A DNA stretch of 64,000 bases from Cyanophora paradoxa CCMP329 (Eukaryota; Plantae; Glaucophyta), in NCBI GenBank assembly GCA_004431415.1, contig QPMI01000072.1, forward strand, positions 50,113 to 114,112. The letters are read 5' to 3'. Positions within the stretch are counted from its first letter, which is position 1; each line of letters opens with the position of its first letter. Under the pieces are notes generated by a model. The model worked only from the letters and a program-made list of their open reading frames with translations. It did no database searches and was not told the origin of the DNA. This document shows positions 37,143 to 50,300 of the stretch, in pieces. A program made the translations under genes and the position numbers.

Positions 37143-37629
37143 CGCGGCGGCTCTGGCGGGAACTGGACAGAAACCGCGTACCCGTGCCGACCACGCCCGC
37201 TACTCCTCCTACGCCCCGGCGAGCTCACGGTCGCCAGCGCGGACTGCACACAAGCATGTTGTCGTCTCGGGCACGTTTCTGGCAGCCCCGCACCGGACCG
37301 ACCCGCCTTCGTGCGATTTCCAGCAGGCGGGTGGCGCGCGTCACGGCATTCCAAGTCGCGCGAGAGAGCACGACACTCGCTCCAGATCGAGCAGCGGAAA
37401 GCAGCAATTAGAGACGTGCACTCGGCGAGCTCACTCGTCTTTACTCAAGCTCAGCCGCGGACGACTCGAGCTCCAACTATAGTTGCAGCGCGCGAGGCCG
37501 CACCGACGCCGACACCGCTACTGCTGCCGATAACTTGGCGATAAGCAGCTGAACCGGAGAGAGACTCTGAGAGAGCAAGCTCCTGCAGCTCCTGTTCCAC
37601 GCGCAATCGCACCGGATCGAATTCCAGGC
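37143..37629. promoter_or_regulatory. Short divergent intergenic region (candidate bidirectional promoter) between rotatin and cysteine synthase
   Basis: Head-to-head ATGs at 37142 (-) and 37630 (+), 487 bp between them; no specific motif identified. Confidence 0.45.
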
Positions 37630-40600
37630 ATGGTGCGGCACGAGAGCATCCTTAACACGATCGGCGGGACGCCCTCCGTCCGCTACACGACTCTGTACGG
37701 CCACAGAAAGGTGCACTCCAAACCAGGAGGTCGCGCGCGCGCGCGCGCTGAGCCCAAGATCTAGAAGTGCCCCCCGCGCGCCGGCGCCCCTCGGCCTTGC
37801 GCTAATGCCTTTTGGCCGTTCGCAGGTGTCCGTCTGGTCCAAGCTCGGTACGCTTGAGCTTTCCGTCCGTCTAATGCCGGCTTCGTGTCTGCCGCCGCCG
37901 TCATTGTAGGGCGGGCCGGCGCCGGCGCCGGCGCCGGCTTGCGTGGCTCGATCTCGCTTCATTCCTGACCCGTCGAGCTCGTTCTCCACGCAGAGCGCTT
38001 CAACCCGGGATCGAGCATCAAGGCACGCGCGCCCCCGCAGCGCCCGCCTCCGCCTCCGCCGCGGCCGCCGCGCTGGCTGACCCCGACCCGTCCCTCGCGC
38101 AGGACAGGATCGGGCTGGTGCTCGCGCATCCTTCAGCAGCACGCCCCGCTCTCCCCAGGCTCTCTCTGATCCGGGGCCGGCCCGGCCCTGGCCCGCAGGC
38201 CATGATCGAGGACGCGGAGAAGCGCGGCCTGCTCACGCCCGGCTCATCTGAGATCATCGAGCCGGTGCGCTCACCTGAGCCCTAAGCCAAGCCTTCTGAG
38301 CATTCCCTCTGCTCTCTTGTTTCCTTAGGCCTTCCGGATCCCTCTGCGCCCTCTGGCTTCGCCCCCGTCCCCGCTGACTGACTGCCCCCGCCGTGGCGCA
38401 GACCTCCGGAAACACTGGAATCGGTACCCCACCCCAACAACCCCCCCCCCCCTTCCTCGCCCAACACTCGCGTGCCGCCGACTGATCGCTTTCCTCCCCC
38501 CGCAGGACTCGCCCTCGTCTGCGGTACCCCCCCTTTCCCCCCTCCCCCTTCGGCTCGAGCTGAGGATACCCCCGGCCCCTGACCGCAGCGGTGAAGAAGT
38601 ACCCCCTCACGCTCGTCATGCCAGAGTCCATGTCCGAGGAGCGGCGCCGCATCATGGTATATCCGCGTACCCCTCCGATCCGCCGTACCCCTCCGGCTGA
38701 CCGGTCGCCTCCCCCCCCCCCCCAAAAAAAAGGTCGTGTACGGGGCCAAGCTCGAGCTGACGCCGCGCGACAAGGGCATGTCCGGCGCCATCGCCCGCGC
38801 CAAGGAACTGGTACCCCCTCACGCCTCCCCCCCCCCCGTTATGACACCCCTTCTGAGGCCTCCGGGGTACAGGTGGCGCAGCGGCCGAACGCGTGGATGC
38901 CGCAGCAGTTCGAGAACGAAGCGAACGTCGCCGTTCACCAGCGGGCGAGCACCCGTACCCCCTTGTCCTCTTCCCTCCCCCGCTCACACGTACTTACGTC
39001 CCCCCACAGACGACCGCGGAAGAGATCGCGGCTGACTTTCCGGAGGGTACGCCTTCTTCCTCCTTTCTTTGTCTAGAGTTTTGCGATGTCTGCATCGTAT
39101 TGACGGCGCGGCGCGCGGCAGGGATCGACTACATGATTACGGGCGTCGGCACCGGTGCGTACCAAAAGGCTCCGCCCCGCCCCCACCCGCCCCGCCCTCC
39201 TAACGACTCCCCGCCCTGCGCAGGCGGCCACATTTCCGGTACCCCCGTCCCGAGGGCGCCACGCGGCCGCACTGGAGGCCGTCTCATCCCCCCTTCCCCC
39301 GCAGGCTGCGCCAAGGTCCTCAAGGAGCGATTCCCGGTACCCCCGCTTCCGCCTCGCGACTTGTACCCCCCTCTGACTCTCTCTTCAGAAGCTCAAGGTA
39401 TTCGCCGTCGAGCCCGACGCCTCCCCCGTCATCTCCGGGGGTACAGCTTTCCTTCATTCTTCCGGAGGGGGTACGGCGATTGACCCCGGAGGGGGGTACG
39501 CCCCCCGCGCAGGCAAGCCGGCGCCGCACAAGATCCAGGGTATCGGCGCCGGATTCATCCCCAAGAACCTCTTCACGGACGTGCGCCCGTACCCCCTACT
39601 TCTCAATATTCCTGCACCCCCTACCCCAACTTGAGCTCGAACCCGTACCCCCCGCATGCGCGCAGCTCCTCGACGGGGTCATCAAAGTGACGAACGAGGA
39701 GGTACGCATGCCTCTACCTCTACCCGTCTTCGGGCTCGGCTTGAACACATTTTCGCGCGCAGGCGTTCGAGTACGCTGTGCGCTCGGCGCGGGAGGAGGG
39801 CATTTTCGTCGGTCCGCCCCGCGCCCCCGCGCCCCCGCGCCCCACCTTCAATACAGTCTGCGAGCCTAGGTTATCTTCATACAAGCTACGAAGTCCTAGG
39901 AAGATAGATCTCTCCCGATCCGATCGAACCTGATTTGATCCGGCCCGGCGCAGGCATCTCCTCGGGGGCCTCCCTCGCCGCCGTCGCCAAGAAGCTCCCC
40001 GACATCCCGGACGGGTGTGTACCCCCCTTCCTTCCTGCCCCCCCCCCCCCCCTTCCCCCTTTTCTACCCTTCCCCCTTCCCCCTTAAGCCGAGGCCCGCG
40101 CCCGGACTCTCGCTCCTCCGCCCCCGCTTCACGCGCCCCCGGACGGGTACCCCCCTTCCTCTCTCCCTCTCTTCCCCCCCCCCCTTCCCTTCCCCTCCCC
40201 TCTCCCTCCCCTCTTAGCTTCCCCTCTCCCTCCCCTCTTAGCCTCTTAGCTTAGCTTCCCTCGAACCCCCCTTCTAACCATGTTTTAGGGCCGTTGTTCT
40301 GACCTTCGGCTACGACACCGGCGAGCGGTGCGCTGCGAACGGTGTACCCCCGCCCCGCCCGGCTGAGGCCTCGGCCCCGCCCGCCCTTCCCCCGGGCCGC
40401 GCCCACAGGTACCTCTCCGTCGACTCGCTCTTCTCGACCCCGGAAGGCGCGCCCCCTTCTCTCTTTGCTTGTTACTTCCTTCTTTCCTTTCTTTCTTTTG
40501 ATCTGAACTCTTGTTTCTTCGTTCTCAGGCTCGATCAACTTCGCGCCGGGCTGCTTCACGGACCCGAAGAACAAGCCGGCGGCGCCCGTACCCCCCGCCC

Positions 40601-40818
40601 CGGCACCCGTACCCCCCGCCCCGGCCCCGGCACCTGCCCCGGCTCCCGCCCCGGCGCTGAAAGCCGTACCCCCCGCTGCGGCGCCGGCCTCCTCGGCCGT
40701 TGCTCCGGGGGCGTACAAGGCGCAGGCGGCGCAGCCCGCGGCGCCCCAGAAGGCAGCGGCATCGAAGGCCCCCGCCGAGGAAGGCGGGAAGCGCAGCGCG
40801 GCCTGCTCCGTGATGTGA
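37630..40818 (+). CDS. cysK: Cysteine synthase / O-acetylserine(thiol)lyase (CysK-type, PLP), 22 exons, with a Pro/Ala-rich C-terminal extension ending CSVM*
   Basis: All 22 exons join in phase: [26 protein letters not shown] (PLP Lys), [70 protein letters not shown]. Confidence 0.95.
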
Positions 40819-42288
40819 TATGATGCGAGCCCAGCTCGCAGACGTCATTAATTACGTCGGCGTCCATTATTATTTATAAGTACCTTGCCATCGATATCGC
40901 CAGCATGCTTGATCCCCCGGGGACCTGCACATGCTCGGCCGGATCCGCTCCGATCCGTGATACGTAGTGCGAGCCCAGCGGCATCGACGTCGACGTCGCG
41001 CCTTGCCAATGTACAAAGCCCTTTCCTTGCCAACTGTCGAAGCTGTATTTTCCTTGACCTGCGAATTATCTTTGAGCCCGAAACTGGTTTTCTAAGCCCA
41101 GAATCAGCCTCGGTATGCGTAGCTATATATATATAGCGGCAGTAGATTTAGTAGCGAAAGTCGATTTCAAGCCCGAAGATTATAGATCCCTGCGCCCACC
41201 TTCTCAATGAATGCTGCATCTAGTTCAATGCAGCGTTCAGTCTTCAAGTAATCATAAATATTCATAAATCATTTTGAATATAGTTGACGCCTAATAGGAC
41301 CTATAAATTCGCTATAATGGGTCCTATATGTCATCTTCTTCCTGATCATAAATCATGATACTATGATGCCCAGGCCCCAGGCCCCAGCGCGGCAGCGCCG
41401 GCCCAGCGGGCGCCGTACCGCGGTACTTATAATAATTACATGCATATGTATGTGTGGCTGCATTGCAATCATCAATGCAATCGCACAGGCTGGCAGGCTA
41501 GTGGCAGCCACTGGCACTGGCATGGCAGCTGCTCAGCAAGCAGGCGGACTCCGGGAGCTCAGCTGCAGAGCCGGAATCGAATGAACGCGCCGCAAATCGC
41601 CGGAGGAGCTTCATTTGTATTTACGTATATATCATATATAGTATATATATATATACACGTGTATCTATTTATCATAGTATATATATCACATAAATTATTA
41701 TAATATATATAAATGATGTAATTAAAATCAGGAGAAATCAAAATTAAACCGGCCGGCGCCGATATTTTCGAATTCGCATGAACCGAGAACGCATGAAAAC
41801 AAAAAGGTTGACCGTTACCTGTGGCTGTTGAAAACGCAAGCAGCCGCTCGCGCGGGCCGCGCCGCGGGCCGCGGGCCGCGCGGGGCGCGGGCCGCGCGGC
41901 TGCCGGGCCAGTCACTGAGTGCGCATGCCGGGCCCAGTGCCGGGCACTGCCGCGGCCGGCCGCGGCCGGGGCGCCTGCCAGGCTGACCGCGCCACGTCAC
42001 GCACTCAATTGCAAGGCGAGTCATATATATAGGCTAGCGCTTGTTCGGAATTCGAAGGCAAGATATCCCTCAGCAATTCGCAAGAGACCTCGTCCGGAAG
42101 GCAAGCTCGCAGGCGCGGCAGATTACTCTGTCAGTCTTAGGCGTTCTTGGGAGATCAGATCCCCGGAGACATCTAGATCTAGCTCTAGGCGCGACGTAAC
42201 GGCGACAGCACCAGAGCTAGCTCCGGGCGCCGAAACAGCAGAGCTTCGCCGCAGCGCAGCACAGCAGCAGCAGCCGCGGCTCGCAGAA

Positions 42289-45200
42289 ATGCCGGCTCTC
42301 GACGAAGTCCGCGTTCATCCGGCGCAGCCGGCGGATCCTGAGGCGCCCGACGCGCGCGCCGAGCTCCGCAACCTAGGCATCCTCCCGGCCTCCGGCAGCA
42401 AGAAGGCCGCCGACGGATAGTGCGCCCCGCGCCCCCGCGCCGCCCTGCGCTTTCTACGCCCTTCCCCAGAAATAGGACAAGGGCGCCTGTTGATCCGCGG
42501 CCGCACGCACGGCGTCCCTAAATTCGCCGGCGCTAAAGTCGCGGCTTTTCGTGCCTTGCGCCGGGGGCTGTGACTGCGGTCGCGACTTGGGGGGGTCCCG
42601 GTCGCTAATCATTTTCGATGTTTTCGCAGCGTCCATGTCTCGGCGACGTCAACGTCGAGCCGCTCGGGCAGCCGTGTGGACGGCCACGTGGACCATCTCA
42701 AGGTGGACGAGCCGATCGATGGCTTCAAGAAGGCGCCCATCGCCACGCCGGCGGGCGTGCCCACCGCCCCCGTCAAGAAGAGCTTCGACAGTAGCCAGCT
42801 GGGCTCCAAGCTCTACGCCGCATTCGTCGAGCCGCTCGGAATTGGCAAGAAGGTCGACCACGTCAAGTCGATCCTGACCACCCGCGAAGGCTTCCTTGCC
42901 TTCCTAAACCGCAACAAGATCACTATTGTGCGTCCTACGCCGACGGCCGCGCGCGCGGCCCCGGCCCCCGATCGATCGCGACCTTTCGGTCTGCGATCGC
43001 GACCATGACCATATGCATGACCTCCGGCGTCGACCAGATTGCGACGGCCATTTATGCGATCCTTTTCGGAACGCTCGCGAATACCCGGTGGAAGGACCAG
43101 CTCACGTGGAAGGGACACGTGCGCACTCTTGTGTCTACTCTCCGCCTTCGATCGCGAGCGATCGCGGTTTGAAATTCAATTCGCTGACGGTTTCATCGCA
43201 GGTGATGCTCGTGATCCTGTACTTGTAAGTCGGCTCTGGATCTGCTTTCTAAAGAACGAACGCTGTTCCTGACTTGAATTCCTCGCCCTCCGCAGCCTCA
43301 TGTTTGCCTTGGTGAAGGACTTCTCTGCTGGCCTGGCCTTCCTCGGCGCACTTACGGCCGCCCTCGTGTGTGGTCTGCAATGATCTGGCGCTTGATTCCA
43401 TCTGAAAGTGCTCTAAAAGTACGCCGCCTTCAATTTCCAGACATCGTCAGTCAAGCCGACGCCTTGGCCGGGTTCTCGAACGCCGGAGTGTTCCAAGTCG
43501 GTATGCACGTGCATCAAATGAACACTCGAATCAATTGCAAGAGGCTGATTTTCTGTTCAGGTGTGCTGTACGTGATCGCCGCCGGTATCGAAGAAACGGG
43601 AGCACTGGACTACGCCCTTCGCAAGTGCGAATCCCTCCTCGCGACGATCGAACGTTAATATTGCGGAGATCCAATATTCATATCGATGTCGTTTGCCTCC
43701 GCGCAGAGTGCTCGGGTCGCCGAAAAACATGCGCTGGGCCCTCCTGCGCATGTGCGCCGCCTGCGTCTTTCTATCGACGTTCCTCAACAACACTCCCATT
43801 GTAAGCTGTTGCATTGTATTGCATGCATGTATTGCAATTGCATTGTCTAGATCTGACTGTTATCGATCGGGCAGGTCGCCATGATGTAAGCGAGCGCGAT
43901 CTACTAGATCTTGATCATGAGTTTGCAATATTGATTGCGTTCTCTGACTGTACCAATGCGCACAGGATTCCCATCATCAGCTCGTGGTGCAAGCGCACGG
44001 GCTTCGCCCCCTCGTACTTCCAGATGCCTATGTCATTCTCCGTCATCCTCGGCGGCTCCTGCTCGTACATCGGGACGTCGATCAACCTGATCGCGTACAA
44101 CCTCGCCAAGGCGCGCGAACCCACTCTCGTCATGAGTAACCTCTTCGAGGTGGGCATCGTCGGCGCGCCCTGCGCCTTCGTCGGCGTCGCCTACATGATC
44201 TTGCTCGGGCCCTACCTCCTCCCCAACCGGTGCTTTACTCTGTTCTTAGTCCTTCATGTGTTTAGTGTAGAACAGTATTATAATGAACGCCCGCCGCGCG
44301 GCCGTGCAGGAAGTCGAAGGCGGAGGAGGAGGCGGAGAAGACGACCGTGAAGTTCCAGGCGACGATGGAAATCACGGCCGAGTCGAAGCTCATCGGGCAC
44401 ACATTCCAGTCCGCCGGACTTACCTCCGTCACCGCGACCCAGATCCAGGTCAGTTTCATCTGAAATGAAGTTTACAGCGTACGCCTGCTTTATTTAACTT
44501 GAGACTTTACGCGCAGTGGCTCCTGCGGGGCGGACACCTCCACAACGCACGCGACTTCGACATCGCGAGCGCCACCGTCGCCCCAGGCGACCTGGTCCAC
44601 TTCAGCGGCCCGCAGTACGCCATCAAGGAGCTGCTCAAGGTGGAGGGGCTCCAGCCGCAGGGCAACCAGGTCCACAAGCTCGAGGAGGAGGTCGCCGAAA
44701 AGGACGAGAACCTCACCATGGCCGTGAGCCCTCCAGATCTAATCTTCAGCTTCTTATTATCACACTTTTCTTATAAGAATCTGCGCAGGACTACGCCGTG
44801 GCGTACAACTCGCCGATGGTTGGCAAGACCCCCCGCGAGCTCCGCCTCCGCCACACCATCGTCGCCGCGGTCATCGGCATCCAGCGCCACAACGAGCTCA
44901 TCGTGACGCCGGTCGCCGACACGCCGCTCCACTCCGGCGACGTCCTCACCATGGCCTGCCCGATAAGCACCATCAAGCACCAGGCCAACCTCCCGGACTT
45001 CGGCGTCGTCCAGGAAGTCGACGACGCGGAGCGCTACGTCAACAGGGTCAGTTGCACATATTATATTATCTTGCTTAGCCAAAACATATATTTGTAGCTC
45101 ACTCTCTTTTCTTGGACAGCCCTCGGCGATAAAGATGCTCATGGCTGCTTTCCTGACCATCGGAATGATTGTCTTCCCGTCCGTCGCCGACGAAGTCCCC

Positions 45201-46149
45201 CAGCTCTGGTACGCGGCCTGGACAAGGACGGCAGCGCAGAACAAGCCCAACCTCACCCACACCGTCCTCGTCGCTGGTGCTTGAAATTTTAAGCTTATGT
45301 ATAGTTTTCCAATTGGCTTATTCAATTTCTGAATTCGAACAGCGTTCCTCATGATTGCGTTCAAGATCGTGCCGTCGCGCAAGGCGTACAAGTACGTCGG
45401 CGCCGACGTGCTCCTCTGCGTCGCCTGCGCCTTCGGTGTCGGGTGCGCCAGCGAATTGCCACTTAAATTCGAATATCGACGCCTTCGCGATCTGACATCA
45501 GCCTGCGAATCGCAGCACCGCCCTCGAGCGCTCGGGTATCGCCAAGGTCTTCGCTGACTCCATCGTCGGCATCTTCAACGTGCGCCGGCACCCTCTATAT
45601 ATTATATTGATTAGTTAATTATATAATCTACGTCGGAACTGACGGGCTCCTCTCTCTTTCTTTCTCGCCCGCAGAACTCGACCATCGGGCTGCTCTTCGG
45701 CATCTACATCGCCTCTGTGCTGCTCAACGCGGTCGTCACGAACGCCGCCTGCGTCGCCCTCATCTTCCCCATCGTCTACAACGCGCTGGTCAGATTCTAT
45801 ATATATAGTTCTCTCTTTGATCTTCTCGAGATTCTTATCACTTTTTCGCAGAAGGGGAAGGTCGCCCTCAAGACGATCGTCTACATCCTGATGATGGCGG
45901 GCTCGGCCGACTTCTCCACTCCCATCGGCTACCAGACGAACCTGATGGTTCAGAAGCCCGGGGGGTACCGCTTCCTGGACTACACCAAGTTCGGCCTGCC
46001 ACTCCAGCTCACCTGCATGGTCAGGGATTTTTCGATTCATATATATATATTCGATTTCATCTCAGCCTGTGGCTGACGTGGACGCTTTTGTTCCGCAGGC
46101 GATAACAGTGCCGGTCGCGTACTACGCATTCCTCAACGGCCAGATGTAG
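42289..46149 (+). CDS. SLC13/CitMHS-type anion transporter with two TrkA-C domains (SAC1/SLT-like, putative Na+/sulfate cotransporter)
   Basis: ALAGFSN, GIEETGALD, STFLNNTPIVAMMIP, ILGGSCSYIGTSINL, TrkA-C-like ESKLIGHT and NSPMVGKTPRELRLR, VTNAAC, FSTPIGYQTNLMVQKPGGYRFLDYTKFGLP; stop 46147-46149. Substrate is inferred from family. Confidence 0.9.
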
Positions 46150-47224
46150 GCGTTCTATAGGTCGAGATTTCGATCCAGATTTTCCGTCGGCCACGGCCGG
46201 CCTGGGCCGGGGCCTCAAGAGCTGAGCGCCCCGGCACCACGTGCACGGCCCCCAGAGGCCTTTTTTCAAGTATTCGCATCGTCATCATCCGTTTTGATCG
46301 ATCGGTACATGTAGATATTCATTTTATCGCCTTCGCAGTTTCTCTTTTGAGTTTGGAAGCTATGATTGTTAAGCGTTACTATGTTAGGTCGCGATCTTTA
46401 TTTGGCAGCGTGCGCCGCTAGCGCTGCTTGCATGCGCAGGATATCGATAATAACCTCGGTACCGTACCTGTACATGTTTTGGATACGACGTTAGGCCTAC
46501 AACTGGGCGCAGGCCTGCTATAGATAGCGCTAGTAGATTACACATGAAATGAAATAAGATATCAGATCCGTTCCGGATCCTTGCAATTGTATCAATTGAT
46601 ACTTCGAATTCGAATTCGGATTTCGGATCCGGAGACTCTGAAAAGCGAAGCAGGCGCTGGGGGGGCCGGGAACTGGGCCTGCAGGCTATGCCCAGACTCT
46701 GATCGAACTTGAAACGGAGTCGGAAAGGCGAAGCAGGCGCGCGCCGCTCGGAAATTTTTAAGGGCGAATTCGAAGCAGGCGCGCGCCGCTTCGGCCTCTG
46801 TGGTGCCGGGGGCCGGCGCCAGGCCGCGCAGGGGAGGGATCGAGCTGAAGCACGAGACCTAAATCTGCAGCTCTGGAGTCCCTAGGCCTCGAGCTCGGAT
46901 ATCGATAAAAATCTAGTTCATTTAACAACGTTAACGTGCAGATACAACGGGGGGGGGGGGGGGGGGGGGGGGGGAGGGGGGGGGGGGCAGGAGGCCAGGG
47001 TCCCTCGGGAAAGAATGCTTCTAGCTATAGAGCGGGGCGAGGAGAACGACGTCGACGGGCCGCTAGCGCTGGGGCGGGGCAGGACAGGCGGCACAGGGGC
47101 CGGGCGCGCGGGGAAGTGCAGCTGCAGCCTGCAGGCACTGCGGCATGGGGAATTCGAATTTGCAATATTTTTCATTGGAACCGGGTCGGCATCGATATCT
47201 AACCTAGATCTAGCTACAGCTGCC

Positions 47225-47316
47225 GCCGAGCACTCAGCGGCGCAGGCCCTGAGGGCCCAGGGCCGGGGCCCCGAGCACTCAGCGGCGCAGGCCCTGAGGG
47301 CCCAGGGCCGGGGCCC
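47225..47316 (+). repeat. Tandem duplication of a unit of about 46 bp
   Basis: ccgagcactcagcggcgcaggccctgagggcccagggccggggccc occurs twice. Confidence 0.8.
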
Positions 47317-50300
47317 GGGGGGGCATGCCCCGGGGCGCCAGCTCGAGGCGGGCGCACCCCTCCAAATCCTGCGCCTGTACCCCCGGCGGCTGCAGGAGGC
47401 GGCTGTACCGCGCCTGTACCCCCCGACGGCTCCCCCCCGGGGAGAAGGAGGGCGGCGCAGCGGCTGCGGGGCCACCTGCAACGCCCGGGGTGAAGCTCAA
47501 GGTCCCGCGCGTAGGGGACTTGGAAAGGGCGGCGCCGGGGTGGCGGGCCCTCCGAAAGTAGCGGGGCTAGCGCTCAAAAAGAGAGGGCGGGTGGGTCGGT
47601 GAAGGAAGAGGGCGCGGGGGGGAGAAGGAGAGGAGCCGAAAACCGAAGGCGGGGGAGGGTGGATTCGGATCTGGATCCTCCTCCTCCGCTCCGAGGCACA
47701 CCGATCGCGAGGAAGGAAGGAGGGCGCGCGGGGACGAGCGGAGAAGGGGCCGGGGGGCGGGGCGGGGCAGCGGCGCTGGGCACCCCCTGGCCCTTCGCCG
47801 CCGGCCGGGGGTACCGGTGGAGGGGTGGGGGGGAGCCTGGTGGTGGCGACGGGAGCCTCGGCCGTCGACGGCGAGGCGGGGCATGGAGAGGGGGTGGGGA
47901 TGGTGGGGAAGGGGGGAGAGGGGGGCGGGAGTGTCGGGCACTCGGGCTCGGAGTGCCCGGCACAGGGGGAGGGGGAGGGGGGTGGGGGGGGGAGCAGGTG
48001 GCCCCAGTGGCACCTGGTACCCGGGCTTTCCTCCCCAGGCCACCGTCGAGGAGGCGGCCCGGGGGAAGAGAGGGGGTGGGGCAGAGGAGGAGGGAGAGGG
48101 GGGGAGGGGGTACGGGAGAACTCGGAAGGGTGAGGGGCGACGAGAGTCTCGGCCATCGACGGCCGCGCGCGGGCGATCGCGGCAAAGGGAGCGTACCCCA
48201 CCTCAAGAGGAGCCCGAGTTCGAGCCTAGGGCAGGACAGGGGCTGGAGATTGCCGGGCCGAGGTCGATAAGGTCGATAAGGAGTCTGCCGCGGAGGCCGG
48301 CCGGGCCGGGAGTGAGGCCGCGGGGCGGGGCGGGGCGGGGGCGGGCCGCGGGCGGGGCGGCTGCCTCCTCGCGCGCCCCTCGCGATCGCCAGCGGCGGCT
48401 GCGGGGCCGCGTGGGCCGCCGCCGCCGCCTGCCCCGGACCCAAAGAGGCCCCGGAGGGACCCGGGAGAGCGTCCGGGCCGGGGCCGTGCGCCCCCGCCTC
48501 GTCCGCCCGAGGCCCGCCCTGGAGCGGGGCCGGGCGGGATCGGGCGGGCGCGCGTCTCGGCGGCCCTGGAGGAGGCGGGCGGCCGCGGTCGGGGCGGGCG
48601 GGGAAGCCTTGAAAGGTGCCCTGTAGTGCGGCTGGGGCGGCGGCTCCGTGGGGGAGGGAGCGCCCGAGGCCCGGCCGGGGCGGGGTGGGGCGGCCGCGGG
48701 CGCTGGAGGGGCCGCCCGGGCCCCGGGCGCCCGGCGGCCTGCGGGGGACGCTCCTTCCGGACTCCGCCGGCCCCCGCCCTTCGCCTCGGCACCGGCCCCG
48801 AGCGCCCGCGCCACGCCATGGCCAGGGACTCTCGTTTTCTTCTCGAAGTTGTTCTCCCCTCCTAGGCCTATTGTTTTATAATTAGTTTCGAATTCTTGCT
48901 TGCTTGTTCTCTCTGATCGAAGCCTACCCCTCCTAGGCCTATTGTTTTAGTTTTGAATTCTTGCTTTCAAACTCACTCGTTTGCAATTGAGCAGGTTTCA
49001 AAGTTTTGTGCAAGTCGCATGATGTGCGTGGACTGCAGTACATACACAGCTGATCATGACGCGCTGGGCTGCGGGAGGGGCCTGTCAAGATCGATATGCG
49101 GGGGCGGAGGAGGCCTAGGGCAACCTTGCCCCTAGGCCTCCCCGGGTCGCAGTCACGGCGTGACTCATGATCAGCCTGGCAGCTGCCAGGCTGCAGTGAT
49201 CGATGATCACGATCATCAGACGGACTACAGCTGGACCGTCGGACCGTGGCTGGATCTAGACGTCTCCTGTGGCATAGACGATGCGCATACAGCCCCGCGG
49301 CTGCCAGCGCTAGCTTTCAAGTTTAGGTCCCAATACTTGAATATTCAAGTTTATGAATTATCTAGGCTTATCAAGGCTTCAAATTCAAGGCTTATGTGCT
49401 CTGGTACACATACACAAGCACCAGGCTCAGCGTGCGGCTCAGCTCCGGCCTGGCGCCGCGCGCCCCGGCGGCCTCCGAGGCGGCGGGGCGGGGCGGGGCA
49501 GGGGAGGGGGCGCCCGACCCGGCCCGGCTGCGCGTGCGGCGGCTCTTGGGGGGATGAGGCGCGGCCCGGGCCCGACCGAGGCCCGGGGAAAGGAGAGGGA
49601 GGGGGAAGGAGCCAGAGGGGAAGGAGGGCGGAGTCAGAGGGGGGAGGGGAAGGGAGGGAGGGAGGGGGGAGGGAGCCAGAGGGCGGGCCCCCTCAGCTTT
49701 GTACCGTGGAGGGAGGGCGGGCCGCCTCAGAGGGGCGGCACGCGGGGCGCCTCCAGCGCCCGCGGGCGCGGGCGGCCGCTTCGCGACGCACGGCTGGACC
49801 CGCGGGGGCGGGGTCGGGGCGGGGGCGGGGAGGGAGGCCTAGGGGAGCCGCGGCGAGGGGCGAGGCGCTACAGAGGGGGCGAGGCCAGGCGAGGGGGGCG
49901 GCCGGGCGGCGGAGGCGGCAGTCGGAGGCGGATGCGGGAGGCGGCGGGGAGGTCCAGAGTCGGGCGGCGGGGCGGGGCGGCGGGGCGTGGCGGACGGGGA
50001 GGTCAGTGGCAAAGGCCGCGAGGCGGCGGCGGCGGCGGCGCGGGGCGGGCGGAGGAGCAGCGGGGCGGCGGGGCTCGACGCGGGGCCCGGGGCGTACCTT
50101 TGGGGAGGACGGAGGCCAGAGGCGGGGGGTGGAGGCCGGAGGGCGGGGGGCGGGGGCGGGGGGGCGGGCCTCGCGTCGCCTTCGCCTCCGGAGGCGGCGC
50201 GGGCGGGGCGGAGGCGGCGGGGAAGAAAGCTGGAGAGCCGCGGGGCCGCCGGGCCTAGGCCGGCACCGGGGGCGGGCGGCTCGGGGCTCGGGGCCGTCGA

